Origin: Lytechinus pictus
Lineage: Eukaryota
Reading direction: 5' to 3'
DNA: 64,000 nt
Assembly (NCBI RefSeq): GCF_037042905.1
Contig: NC_087259.1
Coordinates: 28,210,001 to 28,274,000, forward strand
Shown here in pieces: positions 24,803-37,700 of the stretch; position 1 is the first letter of the stretch; the number at the start of each line of letters is the position of its first letter. The translations under genes were made by a program, and so were the position numbers. The notes below the pieces were generated by a model. It was not told the DNA's origin. It made no database searches and saw nothing but the letters and a program-made list of their open reading frames with translations.

Positions 24803-27800
24803 TCACATCAGATCAAAATCATCCCTCTGAAACAAAAAAAAAGAAGGAAAAATTAAAAATATGTTTTGGGAAAAGGAAAACAAACTTGTGTTGATAAGTG
24901 GCAGGTTACAAGTACTGTATACTAGAATTATTCAATTAAGAGTTTTTAAATAAGGAGAAAAATAGCAGGGCCAGGGCAATAAAGTATTATATCAAAGGGA
25001 GCTCTTGAAATCAGGGACCCGTAAGTCACTCAGTCACTTTCCATCAATAATTTATATTTCCTTCTATATATACTTTACTCTTACCAAAAGATTCTATTCT
25101 CATTTTCAATATGGCCCTTGGATACTAAGCCTATCAGACATTGGAGTTATATTTCCAAACTTCTATTGATTTACTTTCAATTACTCTACCATGGCAATAC
25201 AGTAATACAGTCTAAGAAGTCAATAAGTGAGCTATCAGTTTAGGCATCAAGGCTGAATATGAACGATTTCATAGTATGGTCATCACATCTAGAAAAGCGA
25301 TGGATCATCAATTATCAATCAGGGCCCTATAATTACAAATATGAGAGAACCACACTGATTTCTGGGCCCCGTCTTACAAAGAGTTACGATTGATCCAATC
25401 AATCGTAACTCTCATAATTTTTTCTGCAGGATATTGGCACAATGTCATTTGCAAACAAAGAGAAGAACAGTGAATTTTCAAGAAAACAATGAATGCATGA
25501 GTATACATCATAGACAATATTTTGAACAAACATGCATAATACATGTTGATGTTGCTGGCCGTCCATAGCTGCAATTGATCGGATCAATCGTAACTCTATG
25601 AAAATCCATCAATGTAATATTTTCTACGAAAAATTTGCACAATGTCCGTTGTATGCAAAGAGAAGCACAGTGAATTTTCAAGAAAACAATGAATGCATGA
25701 ATATACATCATAGCTAGAAAATATTTTGAACAAACATACATAATAGATGTTGACATTGCTGGCCGTCCATAGTTGTGATTGATCAAATCAATCGTAACTC
25801 TTTGTTAGACAGGGCTTTGGTTTCTTCACTTTCTCTGAATGATTTCATAACTTGGGTTGTAACTTGGAATAGACTATATTTTGTGTGAAGTACTACTGAG
25901 GGTTATAAAGGCATTGACAGTGTATTAATTACCTCTTCATTGTATTCAACAATGTGTTTCTTGATCTTTGATGTATCAGTCCACGTTACAAAATCTTCCA
26001 TTGATCTGAATAAACAAACAAACAAGATATAGACAAAGAGAAACATGAGACTTATTCATAGAGTGATAAAATTACTATTTTAACATTAATAATATTTAGT
26101 AAATGGGAATCTGCCTTAGTCAAACCCCTTTGCACCACTTAAATCTCTTTTAGTTTGACTTTGAAGATATAAGACAAGAATTGCATGTTCTGTTCTGAAG
26201 AAATGCTTCGAGTTAGGAAATTATTCGACTTATGGAAGGTTGACTTATACAGAGTCTAATGTATGTAAGATAAAATGCTTGATAAAATAGGTATATTATT
26301 TCAAATATCGTAATTAGTCAAAACGCATCACATGACAACTTTTTATTGCACATTGCACTGCAATACATAAAGATGCACAAAGAAAATTGACATTATACGC
26401 TCCATTATATCGGTGCTATCATGACAGCGTAAGATAGCAACAAAAATGTACAATGAGACCTTGAATAAGTCTTATTTCTGTTTTAAAGCAAATAATGCAC
26501 TTGTTCTGTCGTGTGTAGAAGTACCGTTAATGCTGAAAATGCTCTCTTCAGCACTGGGCTCTCGCCTTACTCATGCACAGTGATGCACCTATAAAAGAAA
26601 CCTAACGTGCACTGCATTAATACACACTTGGTTCTGTGCATTACTCATATTATATTATTATCGTGGATAATATTACTAATACTAATTCATGCTCATGCAT
26701 CCAAAAAATAAAGAAAGTTACACAAGAATCACTGTCCTTCAATGAGCAATATAATATCATTAAGAGATAGAAATTACAAAATTGAAGTTTGTACCTCGTA
26801 ACAAGAAAAGCTGGATCCAAGACTAATTCTGGACCGACCCTCACATCTGAAGAATTAAGGTCAAGGAAACGGACTGAAAAAAGGTGATTTTCCACTTCTT
26901 CACAGTGAACACATCAAAATGATCTCAATACATATTAAGAAATAGCATTAATAAAATGAAATGAAAGAGAAATGAAGGGGCACCTGTCTACAGAACCTGA
27001 ACTTTACAAAATGTGGTTTATCATCAATCAACATTACTAATTTTCTAATAGAATTAATATCGATTACTGCAAAGTGTTGCTGCCCTTTACATTTGTTGGT
27101 CAGAACCACCAAATCTAGACAAAATGCACTTGCTAGAAAATCTATATGAAGATCTATAATGTATTTGTAAAGGATACGGCCATGCTGAACAAACTTGACA
27201 GCTGACTCCACCTTCTCCGCCATCTTTAATTTGACCATTACAACTGGAAGCCGTCTTCTACAGAATGATGATGCACTCACATTATCACAGAGGGCTAAAT
27301 TCTGTTTGGTTGCTATGATCCCAATGTTGTACCTATACACAAATGATTAGAAAAATTATTTTATTGTAATCAGTGAAATTCAGCTACATGTATAACAATG
27401 AGTGTGATACAAAACCTCAATATACATAAACAATACAATTAACATATTATTGGTAATGTTTCCAATGACATATTAATGCTTTTAAAAACTAATAAATGCT
27501 CAACTGCAAAGGCTATCTTTCCACAAGTATTACCATGATGTATCATAAAACATCATTCTTGAATAAATTTCAGCCTGTTTGTGCTTATCTGCTAATATAA
27601 TCAATATTATCACCTGATTAATATCATAAACAGTTAATAAAAAGAATAGGAAGGTGACTTACAACTTGTTTAACATCTGATTAGTGCATTGATTCCTGAA
27701 TGGATCCTTGCTGTCAAGCTGCTTAATCTTATTGGCTAAAGTTCTGACATGACGGCTTAATTTGTTATACCTGCAAAGGAAAGTGTTTGTATGTTAGAAT

Positions 27801-30800
27801 GTGGCGATTGAGAGAACGAGAAGTTTACTGTAATATATAAACATGCTACCTAAGCAGTATATTACCCGAGGGCAAAGGTTGAAATTTCTGCGGTGGTCAA
27901 GGGCCAACAGAAATATGAGTGTGGTCACCACAGATAGTCCTCCCTAGTGACAGTCCTCCCCCCCCAAAAAAAAAACACCCAATACAACAACCAAAGCCCC
28001 TAAACCAACTTTGCAAAGAAGAGTGTCGACCATAGACTTTATATTCTGTGAAAAAGGCTGAGGCAAAGTTTATCTCCATCTTAATAGGAATGGGTGATAT
28101 TGGGATTGTGGCTTATACAGGAACAATTTTGGTTCAGCAGTGAGGGCCAAGCGCATATATGAAATAGAGGTAATATACTTATTGGTTACTTTTTTTTTTT
28201 GGGGGGGGGGGGGTAGTGGGGTATATTTTGCCAGGGCACTTTAACTTCAGGGCTTGGTGAATTACCAGAATTTGCCTATTAGGAGATTTGGTAAAGCAAA
28301 GGATGAATAATGTATGTAGGCATAAAGCCTACCGGTACTTAATATAATCTAACATTCCAATCTTACTGGAGTGAAATGGCCTTTGATTTTGTTTTTTATT
28401 CAGATGTTTATTTGTTGTGAAAATTTTATTTTTCAAGTACCTCACATATTCTACGGATTATTAGAAAGCTAAAAAGATTGCATCCTAGCCATGCTTGATT
28501 GAGAATAGACAGGAATTACCATTATTTCTTTCTTTATTCTTTACTTATTATCTTAATTTGCTATGCTTATGTATTTGATTTATTTTAGCTGTTTATATCA
28601 TGAATGTACATATTTTGATGTTTTTTTAACAATTGGAAAAGAATTTATAAACGAATTTAATTTAATTCATTTATTAAAAATTTCTAACATTTAACTATCA
28701 TCCCCACAGCCAACGTAGTTCAGTGAAACAACTAATGTACAGAGACTGAAACTTTTTTGTCTAGATTGCACATTGATTTGAACAAGAAAAAAAAATATTG
28801 ACATTTGTTTTGATCCGGATCAAAATCAATTTGCAAACAAAATCACAAAATATATTCAGCAAAAGAAAACAAAAAATAAAACATGTATTCAGTTCATATT
28901 CTCCATATATATACAACTGTTTAAAGCATTACTGGGCTATACAAGCACTTTTCCCTTTTTGGATATTGTCTACTTCTTCTCTTAGTATTTATGGCAACAG
29001 TCAGTTCAATAAATAAATTTTCCTCACAACTTTATTTTCCAAAACAAAAAAGCAAAAAACATATGTTGTACAGATTTATTCTGAAATTCATCAATCTTTT
29101 TGTTAAATTTTCTTCCTTTCTTGTTTTTCTTTGCTTAAATTATCTTTTTCATAACCCCCCCCCCAAAAAAAAATGGCTTTTATAATTTTTTGATGAAATA
29201 TATTCCAGAAGGCTGGCTTGTTAGCTCTGATTTCAACCAGCATGATATTTTTGATAGGATCAAATCCAAACAGAAACTTATATAAATGCAAACATCCAAG
29301 GTTCCTAAATATGTGTATAATACGATGTTGGAGGACTGTATTTCTGAAAATTCCTCATCATACTGGAATGCTCTCTGTAAAGATGTACCTTTGAATTGGA
29401 AAGAAATTCATCTGAAAATTGTTTAACGTTTGATCAATACCAGTTTCCGTTCTTTATATTTTAAATTCTTTCATAGGGCAATTGCCCTTAATTTCTTTTT
29501 ATACAAGGTTAAAAGAAAGGACTCTCCAAATTGCGATTTTTGTAAAAGCAAACCAGAAACATTTGTTTATGGAATGCTCCCACATTCAACCTCTTTGGAA
29601 TGAAGTGATTAAATCTATAAATTTGAAAATGCATAATAACATTAAATTTACTCCCTTTGAAAGAATGTTTGGATTAAAAAACGATAGATTTGTGACTTAT
29701 GTTTTTCTTTTACTGAAATATTTTGATATTTGTAAATTCCAAAATAACTATCCCACCTATCAAGCTTTTACAATTTATTTGAATGTTGATAGAGAAACAG
29801 AGAATAGGATAGCCAAAAGCAAGGTAAACTTACTAAACTAACTCTCCATTTCCGCAAATTGAGATTTGAGCTGTAATTTGCTGTGATCTTTATAAAGAAA
29901 ACGGAATAAAAGGAGCGACATGAATTACATCACAATCACGTAGAGACTCTATGTGATGTAATTCATGTCGCTCCTTTATTCCTTTTTATTTTTTTTAATT
30001 CAATATTTGTTTATATTGTAATGCTGTGTGTGATGTTCCATGTAATTGTTTTTTTTTTATTGTTGTTGTATGATTTTGTTATCAATAAAAACTGAATTAT
30101 AAAATAAAAACATTTCAAAAAAATGGCTTACAAAATTACACTGGTAATAAAAAAGAGAAATCAAAGCAAGCATAACAGAAAATTCCACCTCCTTCTTCCT
30201 CCTCTGCTTTTATTGAAGTCAATCATAAACCATCTATTGTCTTGAAATAAATGATCCAATTCCAAAACAAAGACCAAATTTAAATCAAAGTATTTTAACA
30301 TTTTTACTATGTCTACGACTACGTCTACAAAAGTAGACTACCGAATAAAAAGAAAATTCTGTCACATCTGTCTCATGACAATTCATTTTTGTCAATGGCC
30401 ACTCTCAATTCTTCGCACAAGACACTCACACTATGAACAATGAATAAATTACATGAGTTTACAAACATTTCCACCGCCTGCTAACATTACGACTGCCTCA
30501 GCTGCGTTCATTATGAACTTCATGTACGTTCACTAACGACTCATCCAATTACCCTACTCTCTCTTACATGTAGCTGATCCCTCCACTATTTGGAGATTCC
30601 TAGGGTCCAAGGTAAACAGATATGTTCCATATACGCTGTCGTTCTGGTTTAGGAGGTTTGAACCATGTCAGTACGGAATACATCAATTTTGTGGAGGAAA
30701 AAGAGAGATAATAGGAGTAAACTATTGTGTAGTTCCTTGGGCAAACAAGAGTGAAATGGTATAAGGGTGGCCTGAGTAAAGTCCTGTGGGTTGGCATTGA

Positions 30801-33800
30801 CATATAGATCGACACATGTTGGGAAGTCCACAAGGCAGTCCTTGACTTTGCCAATAAACACTTGACGGAGATGGTCTAGCTTGGGACACTGCCCAGTAAA
30901 ATGTTCCACAGTCTCGTCGGTAGATTTGCATAGAGGGCAAGTGCGGCTGGTTGATTTCTTCAGCGTGAAGAGACGACACTGTGTTAAGTAGGTGGCTGTA
31001 AGGAGTTGAGCTCTCACCACAAATGCTCTTCGTAAGACAGGAGAGAGTACACTTTTCGGGTACAGGAGTTTGGCAGAAGGAGGTATACAGTCTTGCCAGT
31101 ACTTAAGAGATGGCTTGGAAAGGATTCCTTGACATGTGTTGTGTTTGGTCAGCAGGTTCACTTTGTAATTGACCAATCTCTTCCAAGATGAGTATACAGG
31201 AGGATTCGATAGAAGGCTGTGAAGATCAGGAAGATCATACTTCTTTGTTATCTCCTGCAGGAGCCGTATTGTTGGAGCGCCTAAGTTGAGCACTCCTAGT
31301 ACCAATGAGGTCCAAACATTACATGTATGGACCTCATAGGCGACATCAGCGATAAAACCGGTTAGACATTGCCGTTTCTATTTGCACCCAAGAACTTTGG
31401 CAAATGTACGCCTTAATACATAGTGGATGGTAACAATTTAGGTATTAATTAGTTTTAAACATGATAAGGAAACTTCTACGACATTTGAAATTTAATGGAT
31501 TGAGGTTAAACTTACATTTTCAGTCTTTTTTCTTGAATTCTTGGTGAGCGTTCCAAACGCTGTGGGGACTGATCAACTACGATGTGATTCACGTACTGGT
31601 CAGCTGATCGGTCAGGTGATCGGTTGGTTATCTTTTTGTCAGACGTTCATAATTTATATTACAATATATCAATCTTCAGTATCTTGATTTCAAGCATCAG
31701 TATTGCAGGGAAAAGTCATTATCGATTGGAATCAATGGCAGATCGGGGGGGGGGGGGGGGGGTTGAGCATTTCTGGCCTGTTCCACCTTTTGAGATTCAT
31801 AGTCAATATTTTGGATGTAAAAAAAAAATGTCGTTCGTACAAAGTTAAGTCCCCCCCCCCACCTCCTTATGAGAATCACAGCAATATTTGTAATGGGGAT
31901 ATTTTGTTCATATTCTTTGCTCTTTTTTGTCCTTTTCTTTTTTGCTTCCCAAATTTATTTTACTTTGAACATATGACTTTCTATATTTAATGACAAACTT
32001 TTTTAGGGGGGTGGGGGCTTGCCAAATATAACGCGCGACAAGATGACCTTCTTTTTTTAGTGACAACTTTTTTTTTATTTGTCAAATTTTACGAGAGACA
32101 AAATGACCTTCGATCATTATTAATTAAACCTTTTTTTTGGAGGGTAGGGGGCTCGCCAAATAGTGACACACTTTTTTTTGTAAAATGTTATGCAAGAAAA
32201 AATGATCTTCAATCATTATCAGCTACCTTTCATTTTTTTTTAGGGGGGGGGGCTTGTCAAATTTTACGTGGGACAAATGACCTTCATTTTTTAGTGATTT
32301 TTTTTTTTTATACTTGACAAATTTTAAGAGGAACAAAATGGCCTTCAATCATTTTTAGTTAAAACCTTTTTTTGGGAGGGGGGCTTGCCAAATATTTCAC
32401 AAACAAAATGAACTTCAATTTTAGTGACCATCTTTTTATTACTTTTAAAATTTCACGCAGGACAAAATGACCTTCACTTTTTTTTAATGTTATGTTATAT
32501 CGAGATTTTTTACCTGACTGCTAAAAAAGCACGAATGCCTGTGAGCAAGCAACCAGGGGACCAACGGCTTAAGGTCCTCTCCGAGGGACCTGGTAATGAG
32601 GATAAGCCTTAAGGGCACTAGCGCACCACTTGGGAATCGAACCCGGGTCACCGGAATCCGAAACCCCTGCTCTACCGACTGAGCCATCGCGCCTCCGATA
32701 TGTTAAACTTGGGGGGGGGGAGGCTTGCCAAATATTACACGGACAAAATGAGTCTTTTATTTTTAGTAACCATCTTTTCTTTTTACTTGTCAAATCTTAC
32801 GCGAGACAAAATGACAATTTTTCTGTGATAACCTTTTTGGGGGGGTTGTCAAATTTTACTTGAGAAATTGCACCCCCCTACTTTGGAAAATCGAAGATTA
32901 AGATCATGAGTATAGCCTACATCTCAGAGGCATAAACAGATGGGGGCATGGCTGGCCATCCCCCGAGTGGATTTCACCTGAAAAAAAAACATAGGAGCAA
33001 CGGAAGGAAGAAAGAAAGAAAAATGAAAGAAAGAACGAAAGGAAATTTAAAAAGGAAAGTAATGTGAGAACAAATAATCCGGGGGGGGGGGGGGGCTACT
33101 CAGATAATAAAAAAATCTGCCATCTGTAATTAAATTGGATTAGTTAATATCCAGAGGTCCCAGGGCTACCAACATACATGTAGCGCGGGCAGTGCATGGC
33201 GTACCTAGGATTTTCCACAGGGGGGCAAAATCGGCCACCAAAAAATTTGACAAGCAAAAAAAAAGGAAAAAAAGGCTCTTCAATGAAAAAGGTCTTCAAT
33301 CGTACCAGAAAAAAAAAGTCTTCAAGCTCGCCAGGGGGGGCAAAATAGGTATTCAAGCTCGTCGGGGGGGGGGGCAAAATAGGTTTTCAAGCTCGTCAGG
33401 GGGGCCGGGGGGCAGAGATATGTAATTTGCATGGGTTTGTGACTCATCGGGGGGGGGGGGGGGCAGACTGCCCCCCCCCCCTAGGTACGCTAGTGCTCGG
33501 GACTTACATTACGTAACTTGTATCTTCCACATGCGACATGTACTATGCCCCCTCTTATATACCCCTGTTATGCCCCTGCACAGACTCGTCTACATTGATT
33601 TCGATATTTAAGCGTCATTATAAAATTATAGCAAAAAGAACGCCTTGATTAAAGGCCATTACCCCTAGAGACTCGCGAGCGTCATGTGACAACTCGCCCT
33701 GGATTTGCACGTACAGGATCCTATGGCGACAAAATCCATCGCAAGAGTTGGCCAGAAGAGGCGATGAAAACACAAAATTTGGAAAGAAAAGAACCCGTGA

Positions 33801-34385
33801 GTACCCGTATATTACATTATAATTATGAAATTAGTATATAATTGATAACATAGACCTAAATTTAGGCCGTAATTTTGATTAATTTGCTGGAAATTCAAGG
33901 CCAAAACGTACCCGTCTGGCGTCGACTTTTCCAACACGCGTTGGAATAGCGGTGTAGCCCCAGAGTGAAGTTGAGGGCTTCTAAGAATGTTCTAAACTCA
34001 AAGCGTGTGTGATCGAGGTTGACGAGTTGGCCTAGAAGCAGCAGTTTCCTGAGATCTATCTGTGATGAGACTGGAAGGAGGTCAGTGAGGAGGTAGACAA
34101 TCTCGTCAGCGGCAGTCTTTGGGACCCCTAGAACTTGCTTAATCAGATGGGATTGAGCCCGGTCTAACTTTACAAGCATAGATTTAGTGAACTTGTGGAT
34201 AAAGAAACGTAAAAAGAAACATATGGGACCACATAAAAATTCTGCACTTACTTTGTGTAATCTTCCCTCTTTTGAATGTGGTAACGCCGCATGATTTTTA
34301 CTTCATGTAGGTTGTTGTCAACTTCCCATGATATAAAGTCAACCTTCTTCAGCAACTTCTGTTCATGATACTTCAATTTTCTCAT
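24803..34385 (-). CDS. IMP3: U3 snoRNP protein IMP3 (181 aa)
   Basis: Exons 34385-34252, 27770-27663, 27332-27178, 26846-26795, 26005-25933 and 24826-24803 (546 nt) give [51 protein letters not shown]...[20 protein letters not shown]...[52 protein letters not shown]. Confidence 0.97.
25364..25814. mobile_element. Harbinger-like MITE with an internal duplication of about 210 bp
   Basis: GGGCCCCGTCTTACAAAGAGTTACGATTGAT ... ATCAATCGTAACTCTTTGTTAGACAGGGC. The internal block occurs twice. A monomeric copy lies at 41731-41967. Confidence 0.7.
26847..27177 (-). other. U12-type (minor spliceosome) GT-AG intron in IMP3
   Basis: 5' splice site GTATCCTTT. The 3' end TTTCCTTGACCTTAATTCTTCAG has a U12 branch-point-like motif close to the AG. 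Splicing restores the conserved GH-VRVGP. Confidence 0.88.
29300..30110 (+). mobile_element. Decayed L1/Tx1-like LINE 3' fragment in IMP3 intron 1
   Basis: Frameshifted WKEIH...[16 protein letters not shown]...DSPNCDFCK...[13 protein letters not shown] (RT-associated zinc knuckle), ending near AATAAA and an A-rich tail at about 30085-30110. Confidence 0.65.
29903..29982. repeat. Near-perfect short hairpin, arms of about 31 bp
   Basis: GGAATAAAAGGAGCGACATGAATTACATCACA ... TGTGATGTAATTCATGTCGCTCCTTTATTCC. Confidence 0.85.
31291..33967. mobile_element. 2.7-kb composite non-autonomous DNA element with CACTC...GAGTG termini and 8-bp TSD
   Basis: AAGTTGAG at 31283-31290 and at 33968-33975. Only a 5-bp terminal inverted repeat. 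Contains degenerate tandem units (about 31990-32870, CTTGCCAAAT...GACAAAATGACCTT), a SINE and a further inverted-repeat remnant (about 33195-33496). Confidence 0.8.
32487..32696 (-). mobile_element. tRNA-derived SINE
   Basis: Pol III A box TGGCTCAGTCGG and B box GGTTCGATTCC in the head, a non-tRNA body (AGTGCCCTTAAGGCTTATCCTCATT...) and an (ATAAC)n-type tail. Confidence 0.8.
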
Positions 34386-34743
34386 GATTACGAGGTCTTT
34401 ATTCAAGGCAAGCTGGCAAGATCAGGAAGAATGTCAACAAGTCGCACGTGGACTCACGGATATTCAGTCACACGTTTGTCGCCCTCTGCGACTCATCCCC
34501 ATGGAGATGCGAATCAATACACGCCCAATACAGTTTTGTTTTGGTTACATGCACCTGTTCACTGTTAATGTTCTGCTTGTGTTGCGTTGTTGCATTGATG
34601 ATGTCCATGTGAATCTCATCGCTTGTGAAAACAAGGCGTTAATGCAAGAACTGGCGGCGTGGAATAAGCTAAACTGGATATTATTTTAGGCTATACCGGT
34701 AGATCTAAATCCAATCTTCATAGAAATCGAAAGAGGAAAAACA
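34386..34743. promoter_or_regulatory. Probable bidirectional promoter shared by IMP3 and CFAP77
   Basis: Only 358 bp separate the divergent start codons. CpG-richer than flanks, with an E-box CACGTG near 34445 and a weak X-box-like palindrome CATCCCCATGGAGATG at 34494-34509. Confidence 0.65.
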
Positions 34744-37700
34744 ATGAGTGCACCATCAACAGCTCCTTTTGACAACCCGCTGCTCAAAAAGGTGAATATT
34801 TTCGTATTAAATTTTGCTCTTGATTTAATGGTTAATAATATTAAGCCTTAAGGGGAGATGCTAGGTGGCCGGTGTTTTTGGTTCTATAGGCCTAAGTTAG
34901 AATTATTGAATAATGTTTAGTCTAAAGATCTAATCGCCCCACTAAGTAAAAATCTACAGTATTTCTGATTTATTTAGGCCTATATCAAGGGGTCGGGTCA
35001 ACTCGGACCACGGGACATCTCGGACCGCGGGCCGAGTTGTCCCACCCATTACGAGATTGAGTTGTCCCTGATTCTATATCAAGGTCTAAGTTAGGCCTAG
35101 ATCTAAGTTTGGGTCTAACATTATAGTATACAAATAATGCATGCAGCCGAGTGCGTTAGTGGAAATGCAGAGCACGCGAGGTTTCTTTAGATAGGAGTCG
35201 CACTGTGCACGAGCCGCTTGCGGCGAGTGCCCAGTGTGCTCCATCTGAAGAAACCGAGCTTTCTCTGCATTTACATTTACGCACGACAGAGCAAGTGCAT
35301 TATTTGTTTTATAAAATAGCAACACAGAAACAATTTTTTTTAAAGTTACAGTACAGTTTTGTTGGACTTCTACCGCACTGGTTTGCTCGAGCGTGCAATG
35401 TCAATTTTCGTTGCACACCTTTTGCACTACCGTGCAGTGCACAAAAAAAGTTGGATGTCATGTGACGCGTATTGACCAATCGCGATGCTTGAAATAATAC
35501 AGCTATTTTATAATAGAACCTAACAAAAAAGTAACTGATGCATCATCATTCATCATGCACCACCAAGTCCAAGGTCGAGATGGCAATCATAATTCATAAT
35601 ATTTTTTACTTTTACTTAGTATTCATGTTATTTAGCCCAGCCATCTAGGTACCCAACAGGGGTGATACAAACCAGAAAAAGGAGAGAGAAAATAAAATTG
35701 TTAAGATCTAGATGATGGATCTATTCCCAGAATATTTTTTTTTTTTTTCAATCGTTGATTGATGGTATGATGGGGTGTCCAAACTTCGCGCACTTTTCAA
35801 AAATATTCATCAGGCTTAATTTTGTTCACAAAATATTCATAATTTATACAAAACCAATTCAAGAAATAGTTACCACATTGACGGCAAGATCGTAAACTAT
35901 AAAATCATGGACGAAAATGTTAAGTAGGTCAAGGGGTTTCGCCAGTATCGCGATCTCAAAATTCTATTCCGATCGGCAAATGCGGGCTGTGCTGGAAAAC
36001 CGTTCAGAAAAGTGTGACCTAACTTCGCGCACCAAAGCTTTTGTGGAGATTTAAACAAAAACTCAAGCTCAAAAAGTGAAAGATTTATATCAGATTGATG
36101 GCAAAATGCTATGGAATCGGTTAGTACCACATTTAACTCACATTTTTGATGATTTCCGCTTGCAAAATGGTGATATCGTGATGCTTGTTGATTTCTTCAA
36201 AACGGGCACTAGTGGTGACAAATTTGCCGATCTTTTGCCAATATTTTCATGAATACTGAACTCATCCTAAAGAAGTTTTCATTACAGGGTAATTTTAGGT
36301 CGCTTTTCACGTTGATGATGTCAGATTTTAAGGATATTGGCTAGTTTTTGAGATAAGGACCGTCCGCGAAGTATGGACACGCGCGAAGTTTGGACACACT
36401 GCCATACTGTAGTGATGCTTGCACAATAACAAACTGTTCCCTACCAAGTACGAAAATTATTTTTCCTCTTTTTTTTTTATTTTTACATTCCAGTCTCAAC
36501 TTGGAAGGCCTTTACAACGAGGATACAGCCTTCCGGCTGATGCCAACTTCACATATGGACGTCCCAACATGAGCAAAGATAATGGAGCCTCCGAAGCCCT
36601 ATCAGGATGGTCTCCTAGTGGTCCCTTGATGCCCATCAGCAACACAGAACGTAAACCAGAAAGAGACTTTATTGCTCTCAACAAAGCATGTATAGGTGCT
36701 GGGTTGGTGACGGCTAGCGATCAGTTTCAGTACAGAGCAACACATGATGTCAGGCGCAGGATATCGGATGAAGAGAAGAGCAAGTCCAAAGTTAAGAGGA
36801 TACCAGCATCCATGACCTTTGGAATCTCAACCAGGTAAAGAAAGATTTCTTCTTCCTCTTCTCCTCCTCTTCCTTCTTTTTTTTGCAGCAATCCTAATAA
36901 ATAAGTCGATTATCCTGTTCGTAAATATCTGGTATTAATGAGCCATAGTTTTACATAAAATTGTTTTCCTGTTAATTTATGAAGTTACACTCCTGTTTGG
37001 GATAGAGTTCAAGACATTTGCAAAAAATACCTTAAACAACTTTGCATGAGTCTCTGCAGCAGATATAAACAATGGAAGTTTCCAGATATAACAATATAGT
37101 TCAGAAAGGCTTGTTTGTCTATATCAATAGCAAAACTTTTTTCATAATGCAAATTAGAAGAGGAGGAAAATTTTCATTGCATTGGACCAAAGAACTGAAA
37201 TAGAAATTGATTTTTTTTGTTTTATACAAATATTAATATACCATGCTCCAGAGCTGAATTTGAATGATTCATAATCAGACTCGTGTAATTGTTTGGCCAA
37301 AATATTTTACGACTGAATTATGTTATTATGATCACAATAATGATAATCTGTTATTTTATTTCATTTCAGGCCATCCACTCCAGTATTTGATTTATTGGAA
37401 CACAAGTATCAAGATAGATGGTTGCAGGAAAGGAGAAAGTCTGAATTAGCCAAGAGAGAAAGACATCAACAAAAGGTGAGCTTACTTCTGTTAATTATTG
37501 TACAAATCACAAGATAAAGAAAAATCTAGAATTATGAGGTCTTGTAGATTGTATTAAGAGAAGAGTATTAATTCAAATGTATTGATTACATAACTAATGA
37601 TTTGTGATTTGATGTGTATGCTTAGAAATGTTTTTGCTGTTGTTTTAGATTTCAAGGCAGGTATCCTCTTAATTTTTTTTTTACAAAGTCTCATTTCAAA

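Larger units (their letters stand above)
30465..34195 (-). mobile_element. 5'-truncated non-LTR retrotransposon ORF2 C-terminal region, split in two (about 34195-33968 and 31290-30465)
   Basis: [28 protein letters not shown]...FLEALN joins in frame to [11 protein letters not shown]...[19 protein letters not shown] (zinc knuckle) once 31291-33967 and one TSD copy are removed. Stop at 30649. Outer boundaries approximate. Confidence 0.8.

Noticed and set aside
32620-32696. tRNA gene
   Set aside because: A and B boxes are present but the acceptor stem pairs poorly and the sequence continues into a SINE body and simple-repeat tail.
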